Positions 1 to 15,042 are shown, counted from the first letter of the stretch. The stretch: 64,000 nucleotides of DNA from Eledone cirrhosa (GCA_964016885.1 OZ024743.1:64418001-64482000); one strand, 5' to 3'. A program made the numbers and translations. The notes: a model not told the origin generated them from the sequence alone.

Positions 1-2533
1 AAATCCAAGTTCAGTCATACTTTGGTTCAAGCGGGTTGGTATATAACCCGTAGCACCAATAATGATGGGTATGAAGCTAAAGGTGTATCTTGGATACTGG
101 ATTTGTAAACTCCTCATCAATGGTCCGTAGATGTCCTCCTTCTCCTGTAATTTTCTGACAACGTTGACATCAAGTGGGCAGCTGATCTCCACAACAGAAC
201 ACGTTTTCAATGTGTGGTCCCAAACTACAATATCAGGCCGGTTGTGCTTTAATTTGGTGGCAGTTTTTATTTTCAGGTTCCACCAGTATTCCTTAGTGCC
301 ATCTGTCTCAATATATTCTTCCTCGTTTGTTGTTAATTTTGTTTTCCGAAGTGCGTTCCAGATGGTTCTAGCTATCCCATCGTGTCTCATGGGGAGGTAG
401 TAGCGAGATGACATTCTTTCGCAGCTGGCAACAATGTGGCTTACATCCTCGATCTTTGTTTTACATAGCCTACATTTATTGTCTGTATGTATGTATGTAT
501 GTATGTATGTATGTATGTATGTATGTATGTATGTATGTATGTATGTATGTATGTATGTATGTATGTATGTCGGGTCACACTTGAGTGCTACTGGTAACAT
601 GTAACCCAGTACAACCTGTTGCATGGTCAGGTCGTCGGCTACTAAACCGGCAACCCCACCAGGTTTACTTGGTGAGGGAGATTTTGGCCACCCTGCAAGA
701 CATAAAGCAAAACTTGACAAATGGCGGAAGAACTCATAAGAGTCAACGGCCACCCAAAAATGTGTAAATATGTATGTATGTTTATCTCTTTCTTTTAATT
801 TCGAGTATATTTTTGACCGGCCACCTTCCTGGTGGCAAGGTTTTAAAAGAAAAGAAGTTGTCATCCCTTGAATCGCAAGAATGTTTTGCAAATTTTGAAG
901 GTGCCAGCTATCGCAGCCATTTGTAGACTATGAATTAGGGAGCTGCGCTCTTTGTCCGCAAATCCAAGTTCAGTTATACATTGGTCCAAGCGGGTTGGTA
1001 TATAACCCGTAGCTCCAATAATGATGGGTATGAAGCTAAAGGTGTATCTTGGATACTGGATTTGTAAACTCCTCATCAATGGTCCGTAGATGTCCTCCTT
1101 CTCTTGTATTTTTCTGACAACGTTTATATCAAGTGGGCAGCTGATCTCCACAACAGAACACGTTTTCAATGTATGGTCCCAAACAACAATATCAGGCCGG
1201 TTGTGCTTTAATTTGGTGGCAGTTTTTATTTTCAGGTTCCACCAGTATTCTTTAGTGCCATCTGTCTCAATATATCCTTCCTCGTTTGTTTTTAATTTTG
1301 TTTTCCGAAGTGGTTCCAGATGGTTCTAGCTATCCCATCGTGTCTCATGGGGAGGTAGTAGCGAGATGACATTCTTTCGCAGCTGGCAACAATGTGGCTT
1401 ACATCCTCGATCTTTGTTTTACATAGCCTACATTTATTGTCTGTATGTATGTATGTATGTATGTATGTATGTATGTATGTATGTATGTATGTATGTATGT
1501 ATGTATGTATGTATGTATGTATGTATGTCGGGTCACACTTGAGTGCTACTGGTAACATGTAACCCAGTACAACCTGTTGCATGGTCAGGTCGTCGGCTAC
1601 TAAACCGGCAACCCCACCAGGTTTACTTGGTGAGGGAGATTTTGGCCACCCTGCAAGACATAAAGCAAAACTTGACAAATGGCGGAAGAACTCATAAGAG
1701 TCAACGGCCACCCAAAAATGTGTAAATATGTATGTATGTTTATCTCTTTCTTTTAATTTCGAGTATATTTTTGACCGGCCACCTTCCTGGTGGCAAGGTT
1801 TTAAAAGAAAAGAAGTTGTCATCCCTTGAATCGCAAGAATGTTTTGCAAATTTTGAAGGTGCCAGCTATCGCAGCCATTTGTAGACTATGAATTAGGGAG
1901 CTGCGCTCTTTGTCCGCAAATCCAAGTTCAGTTATACATTGGTCCAAGCGGGTTGGTATATAACCCGTAGCTCCAATAATGATGGGTATGAAGCTAAAGG
2001 TGTATCTTGGATACTGGATTTGTAAACTCCTCATCAATGGTCCGTAGATGTCCTCCTTCTCTTGTATTTTTCTGACAACGTTTATATCAAGTGGGCAACT
2101 GATCTCCACAACAGAACACGTTTTCAATGTATGGTCCCAAACAACAATATCAGGCCGGTTGTGCTTTAATTTGGTGGCAGTTTTTATTTTCAGGTTCCAC
2201 CAGTATTCTTTAGTGCCATCTGTCTCAATATATCCTTCCTCGTTTGTTTTTAATTTTGTTTTCCGAAGTGGTTCCAGATGGTTCTAGTTATCCCATCGTG
2301 TCTCATGGGGACGTAGTAGCGAGATGACATTCTTTCGCAGCTGGCAACAATGTTTTACATAGCCTACATTTATTGTCAGCTGATGGCCCTCCTCTTTTGT
2401 GCAGCAGATATTTGGTAGGGAGTTCTTGTTCTTGTATTGCATAGAGATATCCCTCAAGGTGTGATGTCATAAACTTGTCGGAACTCCATGCCAGGCTTTT
2501 TGAGTGGTTTATCCCCTCTATGGTCTGTGTTTT
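1..2533 (-). mobile_element. Three tandem 3' fragments of an R4/Dong-like RLE non-LTR retrotransposon (about 958-bp period)
   Basis: Minus-strand peptides AIQEQELPTKY, CRLC..HIVASC..RHD (CCHC knuckle), VVEISCP and IPIIIGATG (restriction-like endonuclease). Stops at 861 and 1819, followed by a 3'UTR and short (CATA)n tail. The block at 1 recurs at 961 and 1919. Confidence 0.88.
571..770 (-). mobile_element. Partial copy of the (TACA)n-associated structured non-coding element (second copy 1528-1728)
   Basis: Reverse complement of 20170-20310 and 22855-23048 (gggttgccggtttagtcgccgacgaccc and caccaag..cttggtg hairpins); flanked by TATG repeats. Confidence 0.75.
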
Positions 2534-2958
2534 GTATGTATGTATGTATGTATGTATGTATGTATGTATGTATGTGTGTATGTATGTATGTATGTATGTA
2601 TGTATGTATGTATGTATGTATGTATGTATATGTGTGTATGCATATAAATGTATATGCACGGGGACATAGAAATAATCGGGCTGGATACCCGATCACGTGA
2701 TTAAACCACTGGGGGTGAAGGACCCCTAGCCTTTGTCAGGGCATTCTTCTAGGACAAGGAAACTCAGGAAACTCAGGAAACTGGGGTAACTCCGACATAA
2801 AACCTGCGACTCAGTAGTTACCGATAATGTTGATCTTTTTTTCTTTTTGGGTTATAGCTCCTGTCGCTCAGAGAGTGGGATTGGCTCAGTGCAAAGTCTT
2901 TCGTCACTTTTAAAAAAAATTTCACGCGCAGGCATAGCACGATAGAATTAATTGATAA

Positions 2959-3431
2959 TCTATATATATAAAACTGATGTTGTCTGTGTGTGTGTGTGTG
3001 TGTGTCCTCATTTTTGCAAAGTCTATACAAATCCACATTTCTACTCCGATTGACTTCAAACTTGCATTTATATATTCCTTGCGGTCTAAAGATATTAAAT
3101 GCAGCTTTTATTTTTCAATTTTCTGTTGTTAAATGGGTGTTAGGCGCCGGTTATCCATCTCCGTCGCGCTCTTATAATATCTGTCTGTATGCCTAGCTGT
3201 CTGCATTACGACATTCTGACGAACATTGATGACGTATTATGTTCGCTATTTTCCGTTCATTGCCAGGGAACGTCTTCACGAACCAAAGTATCGTGTTCCT
3301 GTTTTCCTTCGGTTGCAACGTTTTTCGAAATATTTACTTCTGCGTTCACAGATTGATGTCTTTAGTTTCAGAAGATCCCGTTAAGGGTGAAAGCAACGAT
3401 TCTTTGCTTAAACTTTAATCTGTTATTTTAA
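2959..3431 (+). mobile_element. Non-autonomous Helitron 5' portion with Penelope-like cargo
   Basis: Starts A|TCTATATATATAAAACTG then a (GT)n tract. 3170-3430 matches 24115-24170 and 25875-26080. Confidence 0.65.
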
Positions 3432-4124
3432 TCTATATATGTATATATATAAAACTGAGGAAGGATGTATGTATGTATGTATGAATGTATGTATGTATGT
3501 GTGTATGTGTGTATGTGTGTATGTGTGTGTGTGTGTGTGAATCACGAGAAGTACCCAACCGATCTTTTTCAAACTTTACATGTGTATTACTTATATTTCA
3601 GGGAGTGTTATGCACATAAAAAAATTCAACTTTTTGATCCTCTAGGGTCCGCATTAGGTGAAAAACTGTGTTTTTTTTCAGCTTTTTAGGGGTTTTTTGA
3701 GGCGTTACGTCAGGCCGATTTCCTTAAAATTGAACTATGTATTAGTCAGTCTCTTCTTCATACCGTGAGCAAAGAAAATCCAACTTTTTTATGGCCTAGG
3801 GCCCGCATTAGGTGAAAAACTTCATTTTTTTCAGCTTTTTAGGGCTTTTTTGAGGCGTTACGTCTAACCGATTTCCCCTAAATTTGAAGGCATATTATGC
3901 ACATAAAAAAAAATTCATTGTCTTGATCCCCTAGGGCCTGCGTTAGGTGAAAACCTGCCTTTTTCCTGCTTCATCGAGGAAAATCTTAGATTATCCAGCC
4001 ATCAGAGTATTCGGTTTATTTTCTTTACATATTGTCCAGGCATGCAGTTTTTCCACGATTAGTTCTGTTGGCGGCCCGCGTTCCAAAATACATTATCCCG
4101 TGCAACACCGGGTACCACTGCTAG
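3432..4124 (+). mobile_element. Non-autonomous Helitron
   Basis: 5' TC at 3432; 3' subterminal hairpin cccgtgcaacaccggg then CTAG|T at 4121-4125; no TSD; internal ~140-155 bp tandem repeats at 3640-3960. Confidence 0.85.
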
Positions 4125-4310
4125 TTATTAATAATGTTATATCGTGCAATAGGCATACTCGATAATGAGGGGGCAGCCATCATCATGTATGAATGTGAGT
4201 GTGTATGTATATGAGTGTGTGGAGAGAGAAAAGGTTTGGTGAAATGAGAGAAGAAAGACAGAGACAAGCTGAGAAGAGGAGAGATAAATAGTTATATATA
4301 CATAGACGTA

Positions 4311-4373
<63 letters not shown>

Positions 4374-4506
4374 GCACACACACACATATATATATAAGTT
4401 TATCCCTGGTTCAATCGGGGGTAACCACAGTACGTAAGGTATTCAATACATACTAGAGTATAAATATTTAATATAGAAATGGCTTCTACCAGACTAGAAC
4501 TGTTTC

Positions 4507-4565
<59 letters not shown>

Positions 4566-5348
4566 TGTATATATATATATGGCATCAAATTTGAGGTAAA
4601 TTCTCTTGCGTATTTAAGTATTTACACTTAAACAACATCTATTTCAGACAATTCTTTAATGCCAAATTCGTAAGCAAGAAATAAGAGGAGAAAAAATAGG
4701 CAAAAGGCGAATGGACGAAAATCTAAGAAGAACGGTTGATATAAAAAGTGGAACACGAAAAGTCGAAAAGAAAAAGAGCAAAGAGTTAATACTGTCAGAA
4801 TGAAGCGTTGTATACAGAAGATGTCTGTTCGTCAGAGATTTCTTGTTTATAATTGTACAAAATATCATAACATGTTTTAAGAAACCACCGCCCAATTCTT
4901 ATGTCGGACGTTCACAGGATCTAATATCAGGTTTGTTAAAGGTTTCAATAAAGAAAAAAAAGTATTGTTTAAAAAAAAATAATTTAAGAAAATTTTGAAA
5001 GCTAAAGTCCCGTCATCCCGCCACCCAGCCACCCCCACCCCTACCGTCACAAAAAAGAAAAGAAGTGAAATGAAATAGTAGGAAAGGTCAAGTGGCTTGT
5101 ATTGACTGTTGGACTATTGTAAAGATTTAAACATAGCTTATTATTAACTTCCTTTTACAGAGTTCTACTATGTATTGGACAGAAGAGAAGAGGAGAGGGG
5201 GAAAGAAAGAGTGAGAGTGGGAAAGAAAGAAAGATTAAATGATGTGGAATGGGCAAAGAGAGTGAGAGGACGATTTCACACATACCCTATACATAGTTTA
5301 TGTATGTACACATACATAAATACATAAATGAATATATATATATATATA

Positions 5349-5392
<44 letters not shown>

Positions 5393-5637
5393 AATGTGTG
5401 TGAGTCCAGAGTTCAATTAGAGGTAACCACTGTAAGTAAGGTACTCAATACATTAGTAGAGTGTAAACATTATGTTTGATATAGAAATGACTTCTACAGG
5501 ACTAGAACTGTTTCCATGCCTTTCAGATGGACTTAGGCAGTTTCGACACCTACCAATGTTACTGCTAGTTCAACCGGAGTCACTGCATCTGACAAACAAG
5601 CCAAAACGCTGGTTCTCAACTTTCGAGCTCGATAAAA

Positions 5638-5830
5638 TATAATTGTTTCTACTTTTGGCACAAGGCCAGCAATTACCCAGTGCATTACTGGTACTTTATT
5701 TTATAGATCCCGTAAGGATGAAAGGCAAAGTTAACCTCGGCGGGATTTGAACTCAGATCGTAAAGGCCCGTAACTATATGCTGCAAAGCATGGTGTCCAA
5801 CCCTCTAATGATACTGCCAATCCCCCGTCC
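5638..5830 (-). mobile_element. tRNA-derived SINE (dominant family of the window)
   Basis: Minus strand has an A-box-like tggcagtatc, B-box gagttcaaatccc, and central gcctttcatccttacggg..ataaaataaagtaccagt. Many near-identical copies in the window. Confidence 0.85.
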
Positions 5831-6193
5831 TCGATAAAACATAATACCAGTAAAGGTGCCACATTTACTGGAAACGGGGTCGGTATAATCGACTTTCTCC
5901 TCCCCACAAATTGCTGACCTTGTGCCTAAATTAGAAACCATGTAACATATATATATATATACAAATAAAGATTCAACGAGAATCGCATTTTCGGCGGGCA
6001 GGAAAAGCGAAGCGTAACGCAAAAATCAGAAATGATACTGGCAAAGTGCTCAATAGTTAAAAACCAGAGCTAAACAATGTGTTAAGAAGCTATACAAAAC
6101 TGAAAAGGCATTAACCACCCAAGCCAAAAACCAAATCAAGCTAAACAGGTCAAAACAAAATAAATGATAAAAAATAATATATATATTCATTTT

Positions 6194-6293
6194 TTTAAGG
6201 CTAAATAGTGAGTCTTGTTACTCTGAAGTGTCTAATAACCCTGTGATAAACAGGCGAAACTTCAGAGTAACAAGACTCACTATTTAGCCTTAA
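6194..6293. repeat. Fold-back inverted repeat, ~35-bp arms
   Basis: ttaaggctaaatagtgagtcttgttactctgaagt and its reverse complement acttcagagtaacaagactcactatttagccttaa. Confidence 0.85.
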
Positions 6294-6400
6294 TACAATG
6301 AATATTAAAACTGTACTTCGGTATTGAGTATTCCTTTCTCTCAGCCGTCAACCACATACGCATATACATGCTGTGCGGCAGCTAGAACTTCGGTTTATAG

Positions 6401-6435
<35 letters not shown>

Positions 6436-6943
6436 TAGTATAGTATAAAGAAAACGAAAAATCAGTGATGCATCTGGACTCAATTTATTGCGTGTTACAA
6501 TTGTTTCGCCGGCAGGTAGCTCAAGACATGGTCCCTGTATGGATCTGGCTGATTCTACGGCTGCAGGTTCCTTCAGACACGGGTAGTTCGTTCGGAGCAA
6601 ACACCCTAAAAAAAACCTCTTCCACTCTTGTCATGCCATTGGCTGTTGTTACTCCACGTCATCTTAAGTTCTGGTCAGTATTTACTGCTACACGGGTCAT
6701 CAGCCATTTTCCGTCCGACACACTTCAATGGAGTCATGCTGGGTTCACTATCTCACACGTCAGTTCACACTCCATAGCTACCATTATACACAAGTATATA
6801 TATATACATTAAAGTTGGTAGTTCACCACTGGATAGAACTTTTCAGTCTATATATATGCAAAAAGTAAATAGAAACAACAAAGTAAACGACATATTCGAA
6901 TGAAGAATATATTAGTTTAACGCTTGATATAGTAGGAAAAGAG

Positions 6944-6979
6944 TCTTAAATTTTCGGACACTAGTCCTTCACCAGAAGA
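6944..6979 (-). ncRNA. Degenerate minimal hammerhead motif
   Basis: tctt-CTGGTGA-a-ggac tagt gtcc-GAAA-attt-aaga; A6 is substituted; same family as 53146-53182. Confidence 0.45.
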
Positions 6980-7393
6980 TAAAATTAGAAAAAAAAAAGA
7001 TGAAATAGCAAGATAGAAATTGAGAGAGGCAGGAACGGAAAACAAAAATTGAGAAAAAACACATGTGTATCCAGTTAGCCAATATCGTGTCTCGTATTTA
7101 CTGCCGTTCCGTACGATCGTTTCAATGTTTCAAAATTGCGCCATATACGACGAACGTATCTTCCGTGGAACAAATATAAAAAGATGGTTACAGGCAACAA
7201 TCAGGTTTGGAATAAATAATAACGATATCTTCTTCTTCTTCTTCTTCTTCTTCTTCTTCTTCTTCTTCTTCTTCTTCTTCTTGAGAGGGTAGTGGGGGTG
7301 TCAGAGTCCTCAAACACGTCAAAGGTAAGATGACTCCAAAAGAGTCAATGGCCATCCAATAGTATATATATATATATTTATATATATTTATAT

Positions 7394-7696
7394 ATAAAAT
7401 AAAATAAAATAAATAAGTCACATGTTTAAAATTTGGCTTCGTTTATTACTGCTATATATATTTCGGTAACAGCCATCTTTGGCTGTGACATCTTCAGGCA
7501 GTCCGAATTAGTGTGGAACTGGGCATATCAGAGTATTGACAAAGTTATACACCTCAACAACATGTGTACTCGTCTCTACCACACTAATTCGGACTGCCTG
7601 AAGAGGTCACAGCCAAAGATGGCTGTCACCGAAATATATATAGCAGTAATAAACGAAGCCAAATTTTAAACATTTGACTTATTTATTTTATTTTAT
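7394..7696. mobile_element. Inverted-repeat (Penelope pLTR-like) element with a hammerhead in each arm
   Basis: Arms 7394-7516 and 7579-7696 are reverse complements; TA-rich flank. Confidence 0.8.
7593..7647 (+). ncRNA. Minimal type I hammerhead ribozyme
   Basis: ACTGC-CTGAAGA-GGTCACAGCC aaagat GGCTGTCACC-GAAA-TATATA-TA-GCAGT: intact core, 5-bp stem I, long stem II, palindromic loop III. Mirror copy at 7448-7502 (-). Confidence 0.82.
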
Positions 7697-8390
7697 TTTA
7701 CATTACTCCGGAGTAACCAAACCAACCTGCGCACTTCGTCGAGTGCTCCAATCTGCAGCCAAGCACTCGACGAGGAATAGACCTCAGAGTAATAACACAG
7801 TTTAAAGGGCTTTGCAAATTGAAAATAGCGACCGCCAATTTAGCCGCGTGATCTGTAGCAATGAAAGAACTGACTAGTGAGAAAAGGAAATACACACACA
7901 CACATACACACACATATATATACACATATAAAAATATACATACATACATAAATATATGCACATATCTGTATATATAACATACCTGGACCAACACTTGGAA
8001 ATTACTGAATATCCAAGTAAGGTTTCTGTAAATCCGAAATCAACAAAAGCCGCTTGTGGTGTATACAAGTTAGGTTTCTGGGTGATCGAACAATGGAATT
8101 TACTTTCTCAACAGGCTTTCGTTCTAACCCAAAACCCGGTGTGGAGCACATGTTTCTGGCGGTCAATCCAAAAATTATATATAACCTAACATATATATAT
8201 ATGTGTGTGTGTATTTATATATGTTTATAAATGCACATGAAAGATGAATGCTATTACTTGAAACCTGGCGGTGTTTGAAATCTTCAGCCATCTAGTTTTT
8301 GTTTCTGTTTATTGCTAGTTTAACAGTTTCAAATATCTCCGTGTATAACAAGGTTCTACCTTTCAATTATAAGCACAATGTAGTTGACTA

Positions 8391-8719
8391 CTCTTGGGTT
8401 TATAATAATCTCCCCCACCCCGGCCGCTTATTAATTTTTCTAATTTTTTCCACGACCCCTCCCGCTTATTAAATTTTACTAATCTATCTCCGGCGAAATT
8501 TTATTTTAAGTGATATCATTCCTACGATAATTAATTTTCTTTATACATTATACATGACAAAAAAAGTACATTACTAGAAATAGGATGGGTCGGGGTCTCA
8601 ATATGTAAACTAAACGACTAATTCTGGTTTTTGAAACAATCAACGGAGACAACAAAGAAAAAATATCGGTTTTCGACACATTCCTGGCTTATTCCTCTCC
8701 CTTATTTGAGACCCAAGAG
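8391..8719. mobile_element. MITE, Tc1/mariner/pogo-like
   Basis: Terminal inverted repeats ctcttgggtttataataa / ttatttgagacccaagag, flanked by TA on both sides. Confidence 0.65.
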
Positions 8720-8889
8720 TAGTTTCAATACAGTATTTGTCTCTCCATTCACATAGCCAGGTTGGACTCAGAGTGGACTCAGGGTGGTCACAGGTTGGAC
8801 ACAGGTTGGTCCCAGGGAAATTATAAAAGAAATTGCCTCAGATGCCTCCCGGAACTCATGACTGGAAATTGAACCTTTTAACCACACGA

Positions 8890-10303
<1,414 letters not shown>

Positions 10304-10589
10304 CCATGCAATCAGGTGTACGTGTGTTTTCGTTGTTGTTGTTGTGGCTTTTGCCCTTGGTGCTACCAAGATGTTAGTTAAAATTTATCTATTTCAAGGC
10401 CCTTTAATTACCTTACTAATGCGACTAAAGGAGAAGAGGAAAAGAGGGTCTGATAATAAGTGGGTCCCTGTTAACTGTCACCAACACTACGGACGCCATT
10501 ATCACTACTGCCTTCATTATTATAACCATTGCCATTACTGACAGACACCAGTAGCAATAATATTACAACGGACTACTAAATACACACAG

Positions 10590-11770
10590 TGCTACCATCA
10601 CCATCACCATCACCATCACCCTCACCTCCACCATCACCTCCGCTATCGTCATCACCAACACTATACCATCACCATCATCTCCACCATCACCTCCACTTCA
10701 CCTTCACCATTACCACCACTCCACCATCACCACCACTCCACCATCACCTCCACTTAACCTTCACCATCACCACCACGCCACCACCACCACCACTCCAACA
10801 TCACAATTATTCCAATACCACCATCACCCTTACTATCACTCCACCATCACCACCATCACCACCATCACCACCACCATCACCACCAGCACCAACACCATCA
10901 CCCCCCAACACCACCAACACCACCAACACCACCGTCGCCTCCGCCACCACCATAACCACCACCACCATCACCACCACCGCCACCGCCACCACCACCAACA
11001 CAACCACCAACACCACTATCACCACCATCACCACCACCACCACCAACACCACCACCACCACCACCACCGCCATCACCACCACCACCACCACTAACAACAA
11101 CACCGCCACCACCACCAACACCATCACCACCACCACCAATAACAACAACACCACCACCATCACCTCTATTACCACCACCACCACCAACACCTCCACCACC
11201 ATCACCTCCATCAACACCAACACCACCACCACCACCACCACCATCCCCACCATCACCACCAACACCACCACCACCACCACCACCATCACCACCACCAACA
11301 CCAACACCGCCACCACCACCACCACCAACACCAACACAACCACCACCGCCAACACCACCACCCCACCATCACCCCACCCCCACCACCACCACCATCACCA
11401 CCAACACCACCACCACCACCAACAACACCACCACCACCACCAGCACCACCACCACCACGATCACCACCCTCACCACCACCGCTACAACCACCGCCAACAC
11501 CGCCATCTCCACCACCACCACCATCACCACCACCATCACCACCACAAACACCACCCCCACCCCCACCCCCACCACCATCACCACCACCACCACCACCAAC
11601 AACACCACCACCACCACCACCACCACCACCACGATCACCACCCTCACCACCACCGCCACAACCACCGCCAACACCGCCACCTCCACCACCACCACCACCA
11701 CCACCACCACCACCACCACCACCACCACCACCACCATCACCACCACCTCCGCCACCGCCGCCGCCACCAT
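10590..11770. repeat. Degenerate (CAC)n trinucleotide expansion
   Basis: Direct reading. Confidence 0.9.
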
Positions 11771-11942
11771 GACACTCGGTATCCACCAACCCACATTCCT
11801 CCAATCAAATAAACCCGTCTAAACGGACGCACAAATACAAACATAAACAATACATACGCACTCACTACATATACGCATATACAAACACACACACAGACAC
11901 ACACACAGATACACACATATATATATATATATATATATACAT

Positions 11943-11992
<50 letters not shown>

Positions 11993-12037
11993 GAGAGGTA
12001 TAGAGATTGTTTTAGCAAGAAGCTAACGGCATTCTAT

Positions 12038-12149
<112 letters not shown>

Positions 12150-12177
12150 CATATATACATAAATATATATATATTTA

Positions 12178-12221
<44 letters not shown>

Positions 12222-12237
12222 CGTATGTGTGTGTGTA

Positions 12238-12275
<38 letters not shown>

Positions 12276-12736
12276 TAAATATATATACATACACACACAC
12301 CCACACATATCTATATATCTATATATATATATACATACAAACATACATACATATATACATACATATATACATACATATATATATATATATACATATACGT
12401 ACATACATACATATATACAACACTACTCAATATTCTATTCGCCCTCTCTCACCTTTCTAGTGCGCTCTCTCTGATAGAGGTTGCAGTTTGCAGTAATCCG
12501 GGTGAGACGGGTTGTTCGGGGTGAGAAGGGTGAGAAGGGTGAGACGGGTAGGTCTTCAATGTTTACTCTATGGAATCGTTCATTGATGAAAGTTACTTCC
12601 TAAAGCTATGAGTGTCAATTTTAAAACAGCTGGCCTGCTAATATGTCCTTTACGATATCATTAACACTCAAATGAGTATTTGAAAAATAATAATAATAGT
12701 AATAGTTATTGTTATAGTAGTAGTAGTAGTAGTAGT

Positions 12737-12778
<42 letters not shown>

Positions 12779-12836
12779 ATAGGATGATGATAATGATGAT
12801 CATGTATGCACACGTGCATACATAAACACACACGCA

Positions 12837-12911
<75 letters not shown>

Positions 12912-12912
12912 A

Positions 12913-12952
<40 letters not shown>

Positions 12953-13067
12953 ATATATATATATATACATATATATATATACATATATATATATTCGTGC
13001 GTAAATCTGTCTTTATAGATATGTTTGTATATTATTTACACATCCAAGCAAACCTAGAAGTACGCAG

Positions 13068-13104
<37 letters not shown>

Positions 13105-13219
13105 ACACACACACACACACACATACACACACACCAATCATCATCTTAAACGAAGGTCAAGCTGGTGCATAAGCGAATGTTTAGAATTTAACTGATGATA
13201 ATTAACCCAGCTGCGTTGC

Positions 13220-13750
13220 AAACGCCGAGTTTGAGCTCGAATGCTATGAATCAAAAGCGAGTGGATCCGAGTTCGCAAGCTGAGCGCCATGAAGCATAGT
13301 CGAGTTGAACCGAGTTCGCATGCTAAACGCCGTGAAGCATAGTTGAGTAGATTCGAGTTCGCAAGCCGAACGTCGTAATGCAAAGCCGAGTTGAACCGTG
13401 TTCGTATGCTGAACGCTGTGAAGCATAGTCAAATAGATCTAAGTTCATAAGCTCAACGCTGTAAAGCAAAGCCGAGTTGAACCGAGTTCGTGCGCCGAAC
13501 GCCGTAAGGCAAAGCGAGTGAACCGAGTTCGTGCGCCGAACGCTGTAATCAAACCGAATGGATCCGAGTTCCCAAGCCGAACGTTGTGGAAAATGTCCGA
13601 ATGGATCCGAATTTCACCAGCCAAACGTCATGATACAAAGCCAAATAGATCCGAGTTCGTAAGCCGAACGCCGCAAAGTAAAGCAGAGTTGAACCGAGTT
13701 CGCAAGCCAAACGCCGTGAAGCAAAGCCGTGTTGAACCGAGTTCGCAACC
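13220..13750. repeat. ~43-bp CpG-rich minisatellite, about 12 diverged copies
   Basis: gaWccgagttcgcaagccgaacgccgtgaagcaaagccgagtt-like units at 13264, 13307, 13350, 13393, 13436, 13479 and onward. Confidence 0.85.
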
Positions 13751-13999
13751 TGGTTTTGATTCTCAATTCAAACCATCTCAGTTTACTTATAACTTAGAAA
13801 TGTCCGCTTAGTTTGAATCTCTCATTATAATTGTTTACGCCGACTAATGCGACTGAGCTAATTATGTAAGGTAAGATGTTAGTTATGTATATACTGTGTA
13901 TGAGTGTATATATGTCTGTGTATGACACATTAGATAATCTAATCCTGAATAGTGTCTGAAAATCACCCCTAACATAAGGACTAGGTTAGCAATTATATT

Positions 14000-14175
14000 T
14001 TTTCTTGTGGGGCGGGGTATGACAAAGTCGATTCTATCAACCTCAGCATTTGAGTGGTACTTTATTTATCAACCCGGGAAGGATGAAAGAAAAAGCTGAC
14101 ATCGGAGTGATTTGAACTCAAAATATAAAGAGCCGGAAGAAATACTTTGCAGTATTTCTTCCGATGTTCTAACCT
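14000..14175 (-). mobile_element. Diverged tRNA-SINE copy
   Basis: ggtactttatttatcaacccgggaaggatgaaag..gatttgaactca matches the SINE core. Confidence 0.65.
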
Positions 14176-14874
14176 TACTTTACCTTAAGTCCTGTAACTT
14201 CTGATAAAGCCGTAGAGGCATCGCATTGACATACAGCGTTTCTAGGGCATTTTAAAACCTGATGGAGCTCATTTCTCCAGTTTTTAAGACAGCAGATAGA
14301 TTTCTTCCAGAGAAGGATAGAGAGAGTAAGAGAGAGGAAGTGAGATAGAGATATAGTGGAAGAATCAACTCCAGTGATGTTCTAACAATTCTGTCAAAAT
14401 ATGATACTACACTCATAACTGAAAGGCTTCGATAATCTGCCTGCTTGATCATAGCTGACTTTAGGCTAAACAATAATATTCCATAGCCCTCATATGAGAA
14501 TCTTTAATAACAAATATAAAAAAGAAGCCTAATTTCAACCGATTCCAATCCTTAATAATAACATTATTAAGAATCACTTGTTTCTCGTACTAAAATGACT
14601 AATGACTGACTGACTGGCTTATATTCATATATCAAACTTGGGCGTGCCAGCATCTGATAGCTGCGAACTGTTGCTATCTGAGAGAGGTTAATACAAATGA
14701 TTGTTGGGTCTTAAAAGACTATTATCTTATTATCCACGGGGTTACTACAAAGAAAAGCTTTTTACATATGAAGACTAAAAATAAATAAACAAATAGAATA
14801 ATTGAATATATATACATATATAAATATATATATATATATACATACACATATATATACACACACACACGCACACG

Positions 14875-15010
<136 letters not shown>

Positions 15011-15042
15011 CATATATATATATATACACACACATACACACG

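Larger units (their letters stand above)
2660..4188 (-). mobile_element. (TACA)n-associated non-coding element split by Helitron insertion (2660-2958 plus 4125-4188)
   Basis: Joining the two parts reconstitutes the reverse complement of 19838-20145 (gcacgatagaattaattgataa | ttattaataatgttatatcgtgcaat). Confidence 0.8.

Noticed and set aside
10589-11812. 407-aa mucin-like or His-rich ORF
   Set aside because: CAC-repeat expansion lacks stops by composition; no unique domain, signal peptide or splice evidence.
13220-13750. CRISPR-like repeat-spacer pattern
   Set aside because: The intervening sequences are homologous to one another; it is an ordinary diverged minisatellite.
14250-14480. Possible exon or retroelement C-terminus (..LR*SACLII)
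   Set aside because: Too short and degenerate to assign without a database search.
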